From: Somniosus microcephalus
Lineage: Eukaryota
DNA: 64,000 nucleotides
Assembly (NCBI GenBank): GCA_052327205.1
Contig: CM126228.1
Coordinates: 23,684,001 to 23,748,000, forward strand
Direction of reading: 5' to 3'
Part shown: piece by piece, positions 1 through 13,548 of the stretch
Numbering within the stretch: position 1 is the stretch's first letter
Layout of the letters: the number at the start of each line of letters is the position of its first letter
Notes under the pieces: model-generated
The model's database searches: none
What the model saw: only the letters and a program-made list of their open reading frames with translations
Told to the model about the DNA's origin: nothing
Program-made: the position numbers and the translations under genes

Positions 1-3000
1 ATCACATTGACCCACCTACATATGGGTGCATTGTGATTGTGAAACCCCTGGTGGAATTGATTAATCTCCCATTGATAACCCTATAAATCTAAATAAGAGA
101 TATAATCAGTGACTAGCAGCAGCAAATCTATCTTTACCTTCTCCCTCCACCAAAACTGCAACTAATTAATGTAACACTGACAACCGATCAAACCTAATAT
201 ATATGGTTAGGTACAACCTCATACTGTGTAGATCTCTTGGATTTGCTTCAGAACTTGAGACTTAGCCATCAGGTGTAGAATTCTGTTGACTTATTTGTCT
301 TTCCTAAAAGTAGATTGTCATTACCTGGATGACTTGGTAGGTGTTTGCACCCTTACAAGTGAACAGAGGAAGGTGGATATGATGCCTCTGCAGTTATGTT
401 TCCATATCTACTTGGAAAATGAAAAATCAGAATTACTGCTGTAGTAAGACAACATGTATACATTCTGCTTTCCATAGGCCCAGGGTTGGGTACCTTTGCT
501 GACCAGATAAAAGAAATGGGGCTACAGAGCAGTTGTTTGGTGAAAATCTCATTTAAATAGTCCCTTTTCCCCACCCCCAAAACAATGATCCTAAACTCTC
601 TTCAAAATGATCATTTAATGAAATTACACCAAATGGCTGATTCACCCTCACGGCTGCTATTATCAGCATACTAGCACCATCTAGTGGTTTAATCATTAAG
701 TGGCAAAAGGAACTGAGCATAGTTAAACTCAACACAAAATGGAACCATTTAACATTTCTGCAAAGGTTTTGTAAAATGGAATGCCAATTCTATTAAGACA
801 TTTTAATGTTTACCTTGTATTTTCATGCAACATGTAGAATCCTTTTAAATTGTTCGATTAGTAATTCAGTGGTACAATTCATAGGAACAAGAGGCCATTG
901 AGCTGGTTTCACCATTCAATGCGATCATAACAGATCTGTGACCTATGTACCAACTTTGCCCTATATCCCTTAATACCTTAGGTTAACAAAAAAACGATCA
1001 ATTTCAGATTAAAAGTTGATGTCACATCAACTGTCATTTGCAGAAGAGTTCAAAACTTCTGTCTCCCTTTGCATGTAAAAGTGTTTCCTAACTTCACACC
1101 TGAAAGGCCAGCTGTAATTTTTAGGTTATATCCCTGAGTCCTGGACACCCCAACCATGCTTTTGATGCTTATTGCATATACAGTAAAATGTTTAAGATTA
1201 CTTCCTGATTGGAGATTCACAATTAAAACACGAGGCAGAATCCAATGGTATAGCTGAAATTACAAGTGAAATTATCTCATTGTCTGTCCTACCCCACTCT
1301 CTCGCCCTCAGTAAAGAAAGCAGCAACCAACCCGTGTCCATCTCAACCTTAAATGGCTGCTGAGAATTGTGGAACAGCAGCATCGAAGTGACTTCCTTTA
1401 CATTTGTCCGAGTTTACCAAGCTACCTGGCAGTAATTACTTTCAATTGCAGCACTAGAATGTCTCACTAAGATTCAGTTGAAAATTGATGGTAGATCGGA
1501 GAATCAGTGTATATTGTGCACTATACCTCAAACTACCCACATTCTTTCTGACTTAGATAATTCATATATAGTACCAGACCAAGTGTCTGTTTATATATTT
1601 TTTTTAAAATAGATGCTCTGAAATGAAAAATAGCAAGGGGTCAATTCAGAATTAATTTGAATGCGGTGAAGCAGCTGCAGATTAAACGGTGTTTAATGTT
1701 TAAGGCTCCTGCAGCACAGACTTTTTGAAGTGATAATTGATGTACAATAACAATTAAATTGCTTGTAACATACCACTTAATGAAAATGTCTATTTTAAAG
1801 TGGCATTGGGCTAAATAGCTTTCAGCCAGCACAGAAATGATGGGCTGAATGGCTGCCTCCTTTGCCATAAATTTCTATTATAAAACAGAAAATTAAATGT
1901 ATTAAAGCATATGACCTAAATATCAGTAAGCTGATTTGACAATATAAAACTTGTCTGCAGATCACTCAGGAAGCTTTAGAAATTGCAGAAACAACAAAGG
2001 CCCAGTTGTACCATTTTTGTAAAGACAAGATTTTTTAAAATTTTCTTCTAAACATTTTGGGAGGTGGAGGGCTAACAAATGTATGTCAGGTTTTTATTTC
2101 CATAATCCCATATTTTAAAATTACATTTGACTCCACATGAAAGAGCATGCAAAATGAAAACATTCTATTCTCTTATTACCTGGTCTGTTCCGCATCAAAA
2201 TCCCACGCGTCTGATGCCATCTTCAGATATTTAGAAAATTTTAAGCGTGCTTTCCAAACTTGTATCAGATAGTGTCACAACAATAATCAGTTTATTCCTT
2301 CAGTACCAAAAAGGTACTATTGCAATGAATTGTACTTGGTGACCCATCTCATTGTGATCTGTATTTGTAATCTTAAATGTATGAAAGTGGTCGCACATGG
2401 GGTGGTATTGATGTGCTTTTCCAAAAGAAAACAAAGACAACAATTCAAGACTTAACTGCATATTCTATAAAGAAAACATTTAAAGGGCAGGGATTGAGAC
2501 CAAGTGGCAAGCTTCACAGAACAGACACAGGCTTGATGGGCCTAATGGCTTCCCTCTGCTGTCAAATTCAACTATTTTATGTGATGCAAAGCCTTTTAAC
2601 TGTCGGAACAGCTGTACACTAACCCGTACTATTTTACTGCAACAAGGTCTTTTTTGTAAAATGGTGTAAATATACACCATATAGTATTGACTAGGAAGAG
2701 GCCACATCCTCAGTTTCCCACCCAAATTCAGAGCATCCCTGCATACAGAGGAGACTGGAATGTTGCTGCAAATATTTGTACATGTTACTCTGTTAGTTAT
2801 ATCATAAAAAACATAAAACAAGCATGATGGCAAGCAAATACAGAACTCTACTCCTCACCAACACCATTTCCGAGCCAGGAAAAGGAGCCTGCAGGTCACT
2901 TGCCATCCTATTCCCCCACTCAAGTGAGGAACTACAACCGAGACATTAAAAAACATTAATCAAGATTCTTGAGGCTAATAATTTCTTCTATAAGCTATTT

Positions 3001-3939
3001 ACAATTCCACTTCGACCTGACTTCATCTTTAACACTGGGATTAGAAGCTGCAGAAAGAACATCGGAGAGCATATGATGGGAAGAAGAAAGGGAGCAGAAG
3101 GTGTAGCCAGGAGGAAAATGGTTTTGCGGCTGATACCAGCAAACTCCTCCAGTCTGGAACCTGAGAGGTTAGTTGAGGATTAATCCCTGGAGGTTTCTCA
3201 AGGAAAGGTTGGCAGAGACCGTGTGAACCACAGAACATGATATAACCTAGGGGGGGTGGGGGGGAAGACAGTGAGAAAAGGAAGAGTAATTGATTGGGAA
3301 ATAGGCAAGTATGTCTGGCCAAAACTGTTGCCTCGTGGAGCATAGACTTTTGAGGGGACTGGGTGAGCAGCCAGTGGCTATAGTAAATGTGGGAACTAAG
3401 GACTTTGGTAAGATACAGAAATGGATCTTGTACAAGGAAATTAAGCCAATTAAAAAGCTAACAAAACATGACCTGGGGTATTCTTGAAAACCTACATGTG
3501 CCATGCATTATGTTTGAGGCAATGGAAAATTAAGCAATTGTACATGTGGTTGGAAGAGTGGTGTAGGAGGTCTGGGCTGAGACAGGAGGAGGAAAAACAG
3601 ACAGGATTCCCAGTCATCACTATCCAGTCTCCCCTCCTGTAAAGTATGCACATGTGGATAGGGTCAAGGCTCAACAATGACAATAACTCTACCACCACTC
3701 AATCTAAGTTCATACATGAAGAATGTTGAGGTATTGGAAGGTTGACAGTGGAATTATACTGCAGCAAAAATCAGCACCTTCAGGAAACGAGAGCAGGAAG
3801 CTGAAAAATAAACCCCCCAAAATTAATCTCTCTGCATTTACTTGTTAATTATGTATTTTGCAACAACCCCCGATAATAGCCTCATACCCACGGGCCTCAA
3901 GAACTCTTAAGCCACCACATATGCAACTGTTGTTGAAGG

Positions 3940-4145
3940 CAGCCATGCCTTCAAGGCCCTAAGCTCCGTAATTCCTTCCCTAAATTTCTCCGTCTCTTCA
4001 CCTTTTGCTCCTTTAAAACCTACGTCTTTGACCAAGGTTTTAGTCACCTGCCCCAATGTCGCTTCCTTTGCCTCGATCAATTTATAATTATGTTCATTTG
4101 AAGCGCCTTGGGACGTTTTCCTACATTAAAGGCGGTATGGCAGTT
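3940..4145 (+). mobile_element. L2-like LINE 3' end
   Basis: AATTCCTTCCCTAAA...AAAACCTACGTCTTTGACCAAG...AAGCGCCTTGGGACGTTTT..ATTAAAGGCG. Confidence 0.6.
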
Positions 4146-4169
4146 GTAATTGTTCAAAAAATATTGTTA

Positions 4170-4220
4170 GAATGAAATAATGCCAAACACAAAGGTCATT
4201 GCAAGAAATGTGTTTTTATT
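4170..4220 (-). terminator. Candidate polyadenylation site
   Basis: Minus-strand AATAAA (plus TTTATT, 4215-4220) is followed about 20-45 nt downstream by a GU/U-rich element TTTGTGTTTGGCATTATTT. A more proximal candidate pair (AATAAA 6762-6767, ATTAAA 6754-6759) also exists. Confidence 0.55.
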
Positions 4221-7200
4221 TTAGTTTGGTGTTTTACCAATTTCAACATCATCCTTCTGCAACAACAGAAGTCTTTGCACTAATTGGTACCAAATAAATT
4301 AAAGACAATCACCCAAAGTTGTATGCTCCAATGTAACACGATTCCAGTAATGTTTCACTTGTAAAACTGCAAATAAAGCCACATTTTACTCTTTTTGATG
4401 GTTATCTAGGCACTAATGGGTGTACAGTTCAGCTGGTAAAGCTGATTTGGTCACAGTATACCATTTCCTAAAATTCCTTGCACAAATTTACATAAGAGAC
4501 TATCTGATACCACTCGCTATTTAGCATTTCATGCTCATTCTATGCCAAATACACAGCAAGAAGCTCTGTAATTAGGCATGTTAGCCAATAGATTTACTTG
4601 TCAGTTTTAAGGTGTAAACATCAGTAATTCTGCAAGTATAAAGTGTGGGCAGTGGCTTATAACAATTTTGACTCCCCCGAGTCCACAGCACTGATGTTCC
4701 ATCTCATTTGTACACCTATTTCCATGTCAATTTTCACAAATATTCCCTCATATTTTAAACACTTTGGTTCAGTTTTCTACAGATCATTGATTATTTTTTC
4801 CTGTTTACATCATTTAACTAACATGTGATGCCTTTTTTTTTTCCTATTTTAAGATTTCAAAAACCTAGAAATTCTATTAGCAAAACCTTCCTCACAGTTG
4901 CTACGCCAGGATTGTCAAAAAAAAGAATTTAATGCCATCTTAAATGAACAAAATACATACAAAGCATCAAATCTATCACTGTAGGCTTATTTGCAGACAT
5001 GGAACTTAAGAAAAAATTCTTATGGCACAATATGCTGCTGTCTCCTCCCATTTGTCCCAAACCGCACAACAGAATAACAAGATGCAGACAGTAAAGAATT
5101 GGCTATTTTGTCAAACTTCAGTCATTTAATACCAAAAATATGAACTGAAGAAAGTTACGCCTCTGTTCCATAGAAAGCTTTTCTTTACAAGTACTTCTTA
5201 TAGTGCCATGTGCCAATTAAGATATTTTGTGCCACTTAAGAAAGTAGGACAGGAGATTATCAAAACTCACATGATCCACACTAACAAGTATATAACACAC
5301 ATTAAGGCAGTATGCTACATACATGTTTGGTCACAAATATATAAATGAACTGAATGTTCTGTAATGAGAATCTACCATAAAGCAGAGACTCCCAAAAATG
5401 CAGGACTTGTAACAATATAGGCATACAAAAGCAAGTGTTATAGTAGCTGTAATCCAGAAGACATTTAAAAAGTTAAAGTTACAGAGAGCAGACTTGAAAA
5501 CATATACATCCTGTTTCACAATGTATATAAAAAACCCTTCACAAGTATTTTGGTAAATGATCAGTCTCATAAAATAAAGACTCTGCAACAAACAGAAAGA
5601 TACAACAAAAACTACTGAAAGTAACAAGTTCTACATTTTCCTTTTCCATTGTTAATTGTGGTCAAATACACATGCACTATGGTGCTAACTATATTGTGCA
5701 TCCTATTGCGATAGAGAAAGGACACAAAACCCAATACCCACAGGTGCTGTTAAGAGATTAAATCTTCAAGGTTAGGAGGTCGACATGGTTGAAATGTCTG
5801 GCCAATATTCTATCATATATACTACTTGATGAAATGGCAACATATAGCTTTTCCTTAGCAATGAGATGTTCAGTTCAATGTTGAGCTCTCGCATGCACTG
5901 AAATTCAGAAAAGCATTCAAAAAATAATCTACCACATTTGCTTTGCAGAATAGCTTAATTGTACCCATCCCCTATAAATGGACAAACGTGTGAAACAAAG
6001 TGATAATTAAAGCACATTCGGTCCAGAAGGTGACTTTTAGCATTAGTTTTCAGCTGTCCTTATATCAAGCATTAAAAATATTAAAAACAGTCAAGTGCAT
6101 GTACTGGATTGTTACTCGTCAAGGTACTCTGTAAACCCACGAGCAGTCTTGCACTCGCGCCACAAGACTCACAGGCTCAGCCCCCACAGTAAGACCACTT
6201 CAGTCTCGTTACAGATTTTAACTTTCAACACAACTTCCCAATTTTATAATGGGCTCTGAAGGGGCTGTTATTGGTGGGCAGTTGTACTATTCTGGTAACT
6301 TTCAGTACCAGTCTGGTTTAAATATTTAATATTTGCTATTGAAAATTTACAACAAAAATTGCATAAAAGTGCTAGGACGGGATTGCAAATAATTAGATCT
6401 ATACATATTTGATATCTGGTGCTTTTAATATCAATATATTGTAATGAGCCAAATACAACATTACATTAGAATTTGTGTGACCATTTACCATTTGTCGGAT
6501 TTACTAGAATTATCATGCACTATAAATGTGAGCTAATCCACAACATAGCTGGGCAGTTCAATGCAATTCTCCCGAAACAATCTTGTTCACTATACCTGTT
6601 CTGGGTAGAGAACTTCTTAATAAAAGAAAATTTCTAAGTGCAACATGATTCTTCTAAAAACCAAAAAAAAAACTAATTGTCTGGGATGCCTATCTTGCAA
6701 TAATTTAACAAATGATTTCACAATGAATAAATATTTATGTCTTAGTAAACAGGTTTAATGTTTTATTTTCTTCCCTCTCTGTTACCAGAGGATTGTACAT
6801 CTTCCTCTGGTTACATTTATGTATACCTGCTTCAAGCGCTCCAACTGAGGGTGCCCGAAGAGGTATTGAAATAAATAAACTGGTCAATGTATTAAAATCC
6901 ACAAAACAGCTCCATTATTAGAGTGATAATCATAATCTGAAGCAGACCTACAACAGTATAAAAATGAACCTTCAGACAATTTTCCTTCAGTCTTCAATAT
7001 CAACAGTTTAGTGTCTGCTTACATGTTCCAGCAGCAGTGTCACAGTGAACAATATATTTGGAGCATTTCACTACCGTACCAAAGGAAGGATAAGTTTGAC
7101 ATATACCAAAACCACAAGTGACAGTAGCAAAGTTATGTGTTTCTATTATAACAATGTTTTAAAATTTCCCCATTTCTGAATATTGGTCCCATTTAGAAAA

Positions 7201-8343
7201 ATAACTTAGTTACTGCACACAAGCTTGACTAATATTTGACCAAATAAATTTGAAGGCATTAGAAAAGATACAAGACCATAATGACTAGGTAAATTACTGA
7301 GTGTTAAGTCATTTAGGACTGAAATACAAGTCACTGTAAAGAGTGCTGCTGTTACGCATTTCACTTGCTGGTCGAGCAGAGAGAAAGGTTTTGGCAACAG
7401 GACTTGTACCTTCCACATCTTAGCAACAACTTTATGGTCTCATTGCCACCTTGAAACACTACCTTCTAATTTGCCAAGAAACATATTTAGTCAAAATACA
7501 AAGCTTATTCACTTGTTATTGTGTTTACTAACTTGCCAATTCATTTCAAATGTCTACTTTCACACATTTCCCCAAAAGTGACTTTTGTTGGAACAATTTT
7601 AAAACCATGCAAAACACAGCACATTCGTTCAGTTAACAAAAACTTGAAGCAAGAGATAGCATTATTGTCAAATGTTAACCTGTCTCCTTGCATTCCTTCA
7701 GGTTATTATGGCTCATACAGCAAAACCAGCTCATGAAAAAAACTGACCATCCATATGGACACAAGATTGTCTAGCTCTACATTTGTATCCCACCAAAATA
7801 TGTTAGCACACCTTAAACAACCCATCACGTGAAAGACCATTTTTATATGCTTTGCCTTTGTTTTCTATAATTCACTGGACTAATCAGTTCTAGTAGCAGT
7901 TAATGAAAGCTTAAAAAAATTCTAGCTATTGTCACTTATTGAAAGCAGAGAACTAAAACTAAACAAACCATGAAACTGCCGATCATTGTCCTGTAATAAA
8001 ATTGAGTCAGTATTAGCCAAAATAGCTTATTAGCTGATTGCATTAATTAATGCAAAATAATGAAGAGAGGCATTGTGATTTCACGGTTACATGTAAAGGT
8101 GCTTTTTGTAGGTTTTAAACGATGATTTATGTCAAATGAAATGTAACGGCATCAATCAATACCGTAGAAACTCCATTGTGAATATAGTGCATTGTGCAAC
8201 ATACAACAAAGTTTGGCCGACTGTATCAAATAAGTCATCCTTCCACTTCTCAAAATAAGAACAATTAGGGATCAGGCACAGACGGCATATCACCGGGTTC
8301 TTTTAAGGGTTATGCACTTAGTTTCTGGTAAAATCCAACCCCA
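4195..8343 (-). other. MINDY2: Probable long 3' UTR of MINDY2
   Basis: About 4.1 kb of AT-rich sequence after the stop, with no recognisable transposon, unlike the introns. It ends at a good poly(A) signal. The extent is inferred. Confidence 0.55.
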
Positions 8344-8454
8344 TCACAAGAGAATACACTTGTCCTTTTCTTTTTCTCTTGGTTCCTTGCGCTGTTTCCG
8401 TTCAGTGGCCCCAGGCTGTCTTCCAGCAGCTGCTGCCTGTGATTGTTGCCCTTC
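8344..8454 (-). CDS. MINDY2: MINDY2 last coding exon: EGQQSQAAAAGRQPGATERKQRKEPREKEKDKCILL*
   Basis: Not in the ORF track. Acceptor TTCCAG, phase 0, TGA at 8344-8346. A charged KEPREKEK tract and a CaaX end, as in MINDY2. Confidence 0.93.
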   Translation of the reverse strand, partial: EGQQSQAAAAGRQPGATERKQRKEPREKEKDKCILL

Positions 8455-10726
8455 CTGGAATTTTAGAAGAAAACATACACACAAAATTTAAAGTATTTAA
8501 AATCACGTAATAACTAAATGCTGAAAAGGAAGAGTCATTTTAGCACAACACTAAATCTGAACCTACAGCCCGAATTCAACTCCTATCCTTAACAAGCATT
8601 CAAACTTCCGCCACATGGTTTTGCTAGTTCTTGGGAAATGGGTCTTTGTGGTTAAAGGACCAATCCCGCCCAATCGAAGAATGCTGCTGCTTGGCTGATC
8701 AGATTGCTGTGGATGAGGATTGTGGAGAGCCCAGTGATCAAAATGTCCTTCCAAGAGGAAGAAAAAGTGGAAAAAAGTTCTTAAAATGATTACATTTCTT
8801 CAACATTCAATCTGTTCCCAACCTCAGCTGAAGCTGCTACATAAAGTAGGAGTAACATTAAAATGGATAATCTACACAGGCTTCCTACAAAAATAAATCA
8901 GTTGTCCACACGTCCCTCCTGGAAAATGCCTACAGATTGGGAACGGAAGAGGCCCAGAACAGGTGTAAATACAAAAGACTGGGGCGGGGGTAAAAGAAAT
9001 GAATAATTTTACAGTAATAGTCCTCTGTAAAAGCATTAAATGTAAAGAAAGCTTTTCCGATTCTTGTTTTTAATAATGCACATGCTGAGTCAACTGCAAT
9101 TGAACGATGTGTCCGTTGTAAAGGGTGCTGTGCAAACTTACTCTCGATAGCCCAGCTCTCAGTTCTTCAGCACGTTGCTGTGTATTCCACAATAATTCGA
9201 GGCGTTTCACTAATTGCTGTGCTCCGCTACTTTTATATTTTGATTAAAGCTCTGGGTGTGGGATTATCTACTACTTCATTGGCCTTTTCTTTCACTTTCA
9301 GACTAAAGGTTAGAAGAATGTTTATTCCTCCTAGAATGAAGATTCTGTAGAACAGACCTCAGCAAAAGCAGTTGATGCTTGATTGATTCATTCCTTCAAG
9401 GAAAGAGTTGGGATCAATATTTGGTTGGAAGTAGGATTGGAGGTTATACAAGTATAAACTGGTTGCTCAAATATTCCATCAAGCACAGCGATTCCTGTGA
9501 AGCTTGGGAAAGAATCATCCACGGTGGGCTGCTGGCTAGGGTTAAAATAGGGAGATGTGGAAGTGGATAGATATTCTGGAGTTCACTTGATTAACATGAA
9601 GAGGAAAGGGAGCAATTGTACAGACAGTTCCCTCAGGAGATTAAATGTTGAGTTCACGATGAGGTAGACTGCATATCCGCTGTGGAAGTGGCAGCATTGC
9701 TGGGATGGAAGAGTCCTTTTTCAATCCATGTTTTTTTGTGTTATTCTATTCCCTGATATTTTAGCTTGTGAAAGGAAATAAACCCTAAGCTTTATGCATT
9801 TTAATTCACACTAATCCTGTGAAATTTAAAGCTTTATATATCTAAATAATTTGACTACATTTGCAACACTGGAAAAGTTCATCGATTAGAAAGCAATTTT
9901 CTCGAAAGCTCATGACACACACTATGGTGCACATCAGTGTACTGAATAGTAAATAAAAGGAAGTCAGTACACCCTTGTGATTTCCAATGTGGAATTCCTG
10001 CTATCAACTCAGGAGGCAAGGGAAGCAAGATCACAACAGTCCAGCCAGCCTAGGGTTTTGTTGCACACCATCTAGTGGTAGGTTCAAAAACAGCAAAGGA
10101 AAAAGGCCTGGGAACAAGACTGTTTTTGTTTCACATTGTAGTACAACAGAGACCTCGTGTATTTTCCGTTACTTAGTCAATTACAATGAATCACAGTTGA
10201 TCATTTAAGAATTTTAGGAACACGCTACTGGAGTCAAAGAAGCATGTTCCTTTTTCATACCTCAAACTTGTTGACCTGCATTATATTATCCTCCAATGCC
10301 TTCTTTCTCCAGAAATGCATCCAACTGTCCCTTGATCCTTTTTATACGATCTGATCCAAGGCTTTTCTCTAGTAACTTTTTCACAACTATGATCTTTTGG
10401 GTAAAACATTCTACCCGAGTACCCTTCTTATTCATAACTTACTCATTTTTAACTTTGCTCCCTGTTTTTTGAACCCTTCACCCATATTGGACAATTTGCT
10501 CAGATCAATTGTCTAATTCCCTTCATAATCCTGAAGTTCCAACAAAGTCTCCTTTCACAGAAACAAGCCCAAGTTCCGTAATCTTGTGTCATAATTTGAC
10601 GCCCTGATACCTGGAATCAGCTTTGCTGCTCGTTTCTGGACCCTCTCAAGAGCAACAATGTCCTCCCTCGGGACTGATCAAAGCATTGATTATAAAATTG
10701 TTTTCCACTTGGTGAAAGCTCATTAC

Positions 10727-10903
10727 CTGGCTTTGAGCTGCAGCTGCCTGTTCCTGTTCATGGTAGAACTGGGATGCTCGTCTGTCTTCTTCTTCCTGCA
10801 GTTTTTTTGCTAGCTCCAGATCACTAATTCCTTCAGGAATCTGCTCCCACGATAAGTCCTGGCTTTGCTGCTCCTGCTGTAAGGACAATGCCATCAGATA
10901 GTC
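10727..10903 (-). CDS. MINDY2: MINDY2 coding exon (177 nt) with tandem MIU motifs: DYLMALSLQQEQQSQDLSWEQIPEGISDLELAKKLQEEEDRRASQFYHEQEQAAAAQSQ
   Basis: Acceptor TCTCAG and donor GTAATG. DYLMALSLQQ and SDLELAKKLQEEE are MIU-type ubiquitin-binding helices. Confidence 0.97.
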
Positions 10904-11635
10904 CTGAGAGAAGAAATAATGTCCAATCAGGAAATCCCTGGATAAGGGATCAGTAATTATCCTTAAAGTGCAAATATAGTTCTACTGATATTGGGTCGTG
11001 ATCAATATGATAAACTGAAACATGCTTCAAAAAGTTCCAAGAATTTTCTTTATACACTGGATATTCACCATGATTTCAAAGTCATTCTTTTAATGTTAAA
11101 ATGCAACAAAAAAATTCCAACACACTCTTTCCATCAGGTGTGCATTCTACACTTCCATCAGAATCCTTTATAAGTTTAAATGCTTGGGGCTTTCTTTGAT
11201 CAGGTAGCAGAATGTGCAGAGCGCAGGATCACGATGGACAGAATATTCAGACGGTTACTCATGTATAAAATAATTACAATAACCACATGGCGGTACGCAG
11301 GCTGGAATCTTTGTCACCATGAAATGTGAAAAGTGAAGCTACAGGTGTTGAAACAAGACCTCAAGACGGAACCACAATGTGGAATATGCAATGGCACATA
11401 AGGAAATCTGAATGATGCACCTGCATGACTCCATTAGTCAGAAGCAATAAAGTTACAAGGGAACTGTAATGATTAAATGATTAGTTAAAAATGTCAAATT
11501 TCAGTTTTTATTAAAATGGGATCTTCACTGGTACAACTGTTCTGGTGGTGGAGTGGTACCCGATGCTGGGTGTGATTGATCAGAGCTAGGTTACTACTAT
11601 GCTGGGCTTCAGGACTACAAGCAGTTCTAGGAATG

Positions 11636-11856
11636 ACATAGAATTTACAGCCCAGAAACAGGCCATTCGACCTAAATGGTCCATGCTGGTGTTTATGCTC
11701 CACACGTGCCTCCTCCCACTTTACTTCATCTAAACCTATCAGCATATCCTTCTATTCCTTTCTCCTTCATGTATTTATCTAGCTTCCCTTTAAACGCATC
11801 TGCGCTATTCACCTCAACTACTCCCTGTGGCAGCAAGTTCCACATTCTCACCACTA
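11636..11856 (-). mobile_element. Short CR1 3' end
   Basis: Reverse complement of 49500-49700-like sequence. Older CR1 remnants also occur at about 880-1155, 9290-9735, 10215-10650 and 32655-33060. Confidence 0.75.
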
Positions 11857-13548
11857 GGAATCTGGGCTACTCTCACTGTAGCAGCATTTAAAACAAGTTT
11901 TGTTCTGTGGATATTGCTAAGTTCTATATAAAAAGGAAATAATACACACTTTATTAATAGCAGCCAGATTCAGGATAGGCTTTGTATAAACGCAAAGCTG
12001 TGGAATCTTCAAAAAAAAAACAGAAAACACTATCCCATAAATCTGACCGTAAGCAGATGAAATGACAGTTTTCCAACAAACAAAATCTCAGCTCCTCACC
12101 ACTGTAGTTGCAAGACCAGCAATTGATGAAAATGAGCTCAACAGTGTGAAGGCTTGCATTACAGTTCAAAAGTGTCCAAAAAGTACCCAAAGTCTCATCT
12201 CATCTACTGACACTGCCATTTTGAAATTCCTACCAGTACTATCTTTAATCACACTGTTGGATTGTTTTAAAATACAAGGTAAACTATGAACATAGATAGG
12301 AGACGGTCAAATAACAATGTGGGAAGTTGGAATAGACTGTGCAAGGAAAGCAACAAATGAGCGGTTTTGTTTTTAGAAGTTTCAACATTGCTTTTAACGT
12401 AGCAAAATGTCCCACAGTCCTTTGTGCAAGAAACACGCACCAGATATAACGTGATGTCAGGACACTGCATCTGAAAATATTACAGAAGTTAAGTGGCTGG
12501 GTGAGGAGTGTATGAAATAGAGAAAATGAGTAAGCAAGTGCAGTAAGTATATGGGCATTTTATTTAATAGCATGCATGCTATGTAAATGAAACACATAGG
12601 GAATCCACTGTCGTGGTGACCGTACAACTGTATTGGTGTATATTTCAGTGCTATTACCTAACCACATATGTAATTTCCAGTCTGGTCACAAGATAGGAGA
12701 CTGCCAAACAGCAGCTGGAATCCCTCACATACTTCCTTGGCACACAATGATTTCCACCTCCCCTCTTTTTGCCTCCCTTGCCAAATACAGTAGCCCCTGA
12801 AAGATACAATGCCTACTCAACTCATTAGTGGTTCACATATTCCAAAAGACACATCAGAGTACCCAAGGTCTAAGTGAGGCTAGTGATTCGCGGTCTAAGT
12901 GACGCTAGTGATTAGAAGAAAATCCCTCCACCCCATAGAGCAGCAGATGCAAGCAACAAGCTCCAGTAAAACAGTTAACACAACGTTTAAATATCTCCCC
13001 CAGCCTTACAGCCCTGCATGCACCCCCTACTTCTCTGATAAGCTTCTCCTTGACTTCTGCTCCATCACTGGCCAGTCAGCCACAATGCTCCTGTCCTTTG
13101 GAACTCCCCCTCATTCCCTTTACCATGACGCCTCCTTCCCTGCTTTCAAGACCATTCTTTTCAAACGTGCCCTTGGCTCCAAACCCTAACCATTTTCCCC
13201 TTTTACCTTCTACTTGGTGTCCATTGCCTTTTCCTCCTCAATGTTAAGTGCTTGGAGTCTAAATGCTGCACGAGGATGGCTACGGAAATGCAAGCTGCTG
13301 TTGTGTAAATTAACTCTAATGTAACAGTATGAGGACAGATGCTGACCAAATACATTGAAGACAACAATTCCTGTGCTACAGTGACTGGAAGTTTACCTGT
13401 AAATAAAAACAAATGGGCTGAATAATTATAACTCTAGATATTCCAGGTTTACAGCTGAAAGATAGCCAGTGTGTGCCCAAGTGATGACAAGATCAAAATC
13501 CATAAGCAGCTCCAATGTAGAATTGTAATTAATTCCTGACCTCTGTAA

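Noticed and set aside
1-3900. 3' end of a convergent neighbouring gene (SLTM follows MINDY2 in mammals)
   Set aside because: No recognisable coding exon was found, only AT-rich DNA and old repeat remnants.
8563-8754. 63-aa ORF MEGHFDHW... as an independent gene or in-frame exon
   Set aside because: It starts at TTG, has no recognisable homology, and its frame is incompatible with the phase-0 donor of the preceding exon.
12867-12913. 22-bp direct repeat GGTCTAAGTGA(G/C)GCTAGTGATT
   Set aside because: There are only two copies with a 3-nt spacer. This is a local duplication, not a CRISPR-like array.
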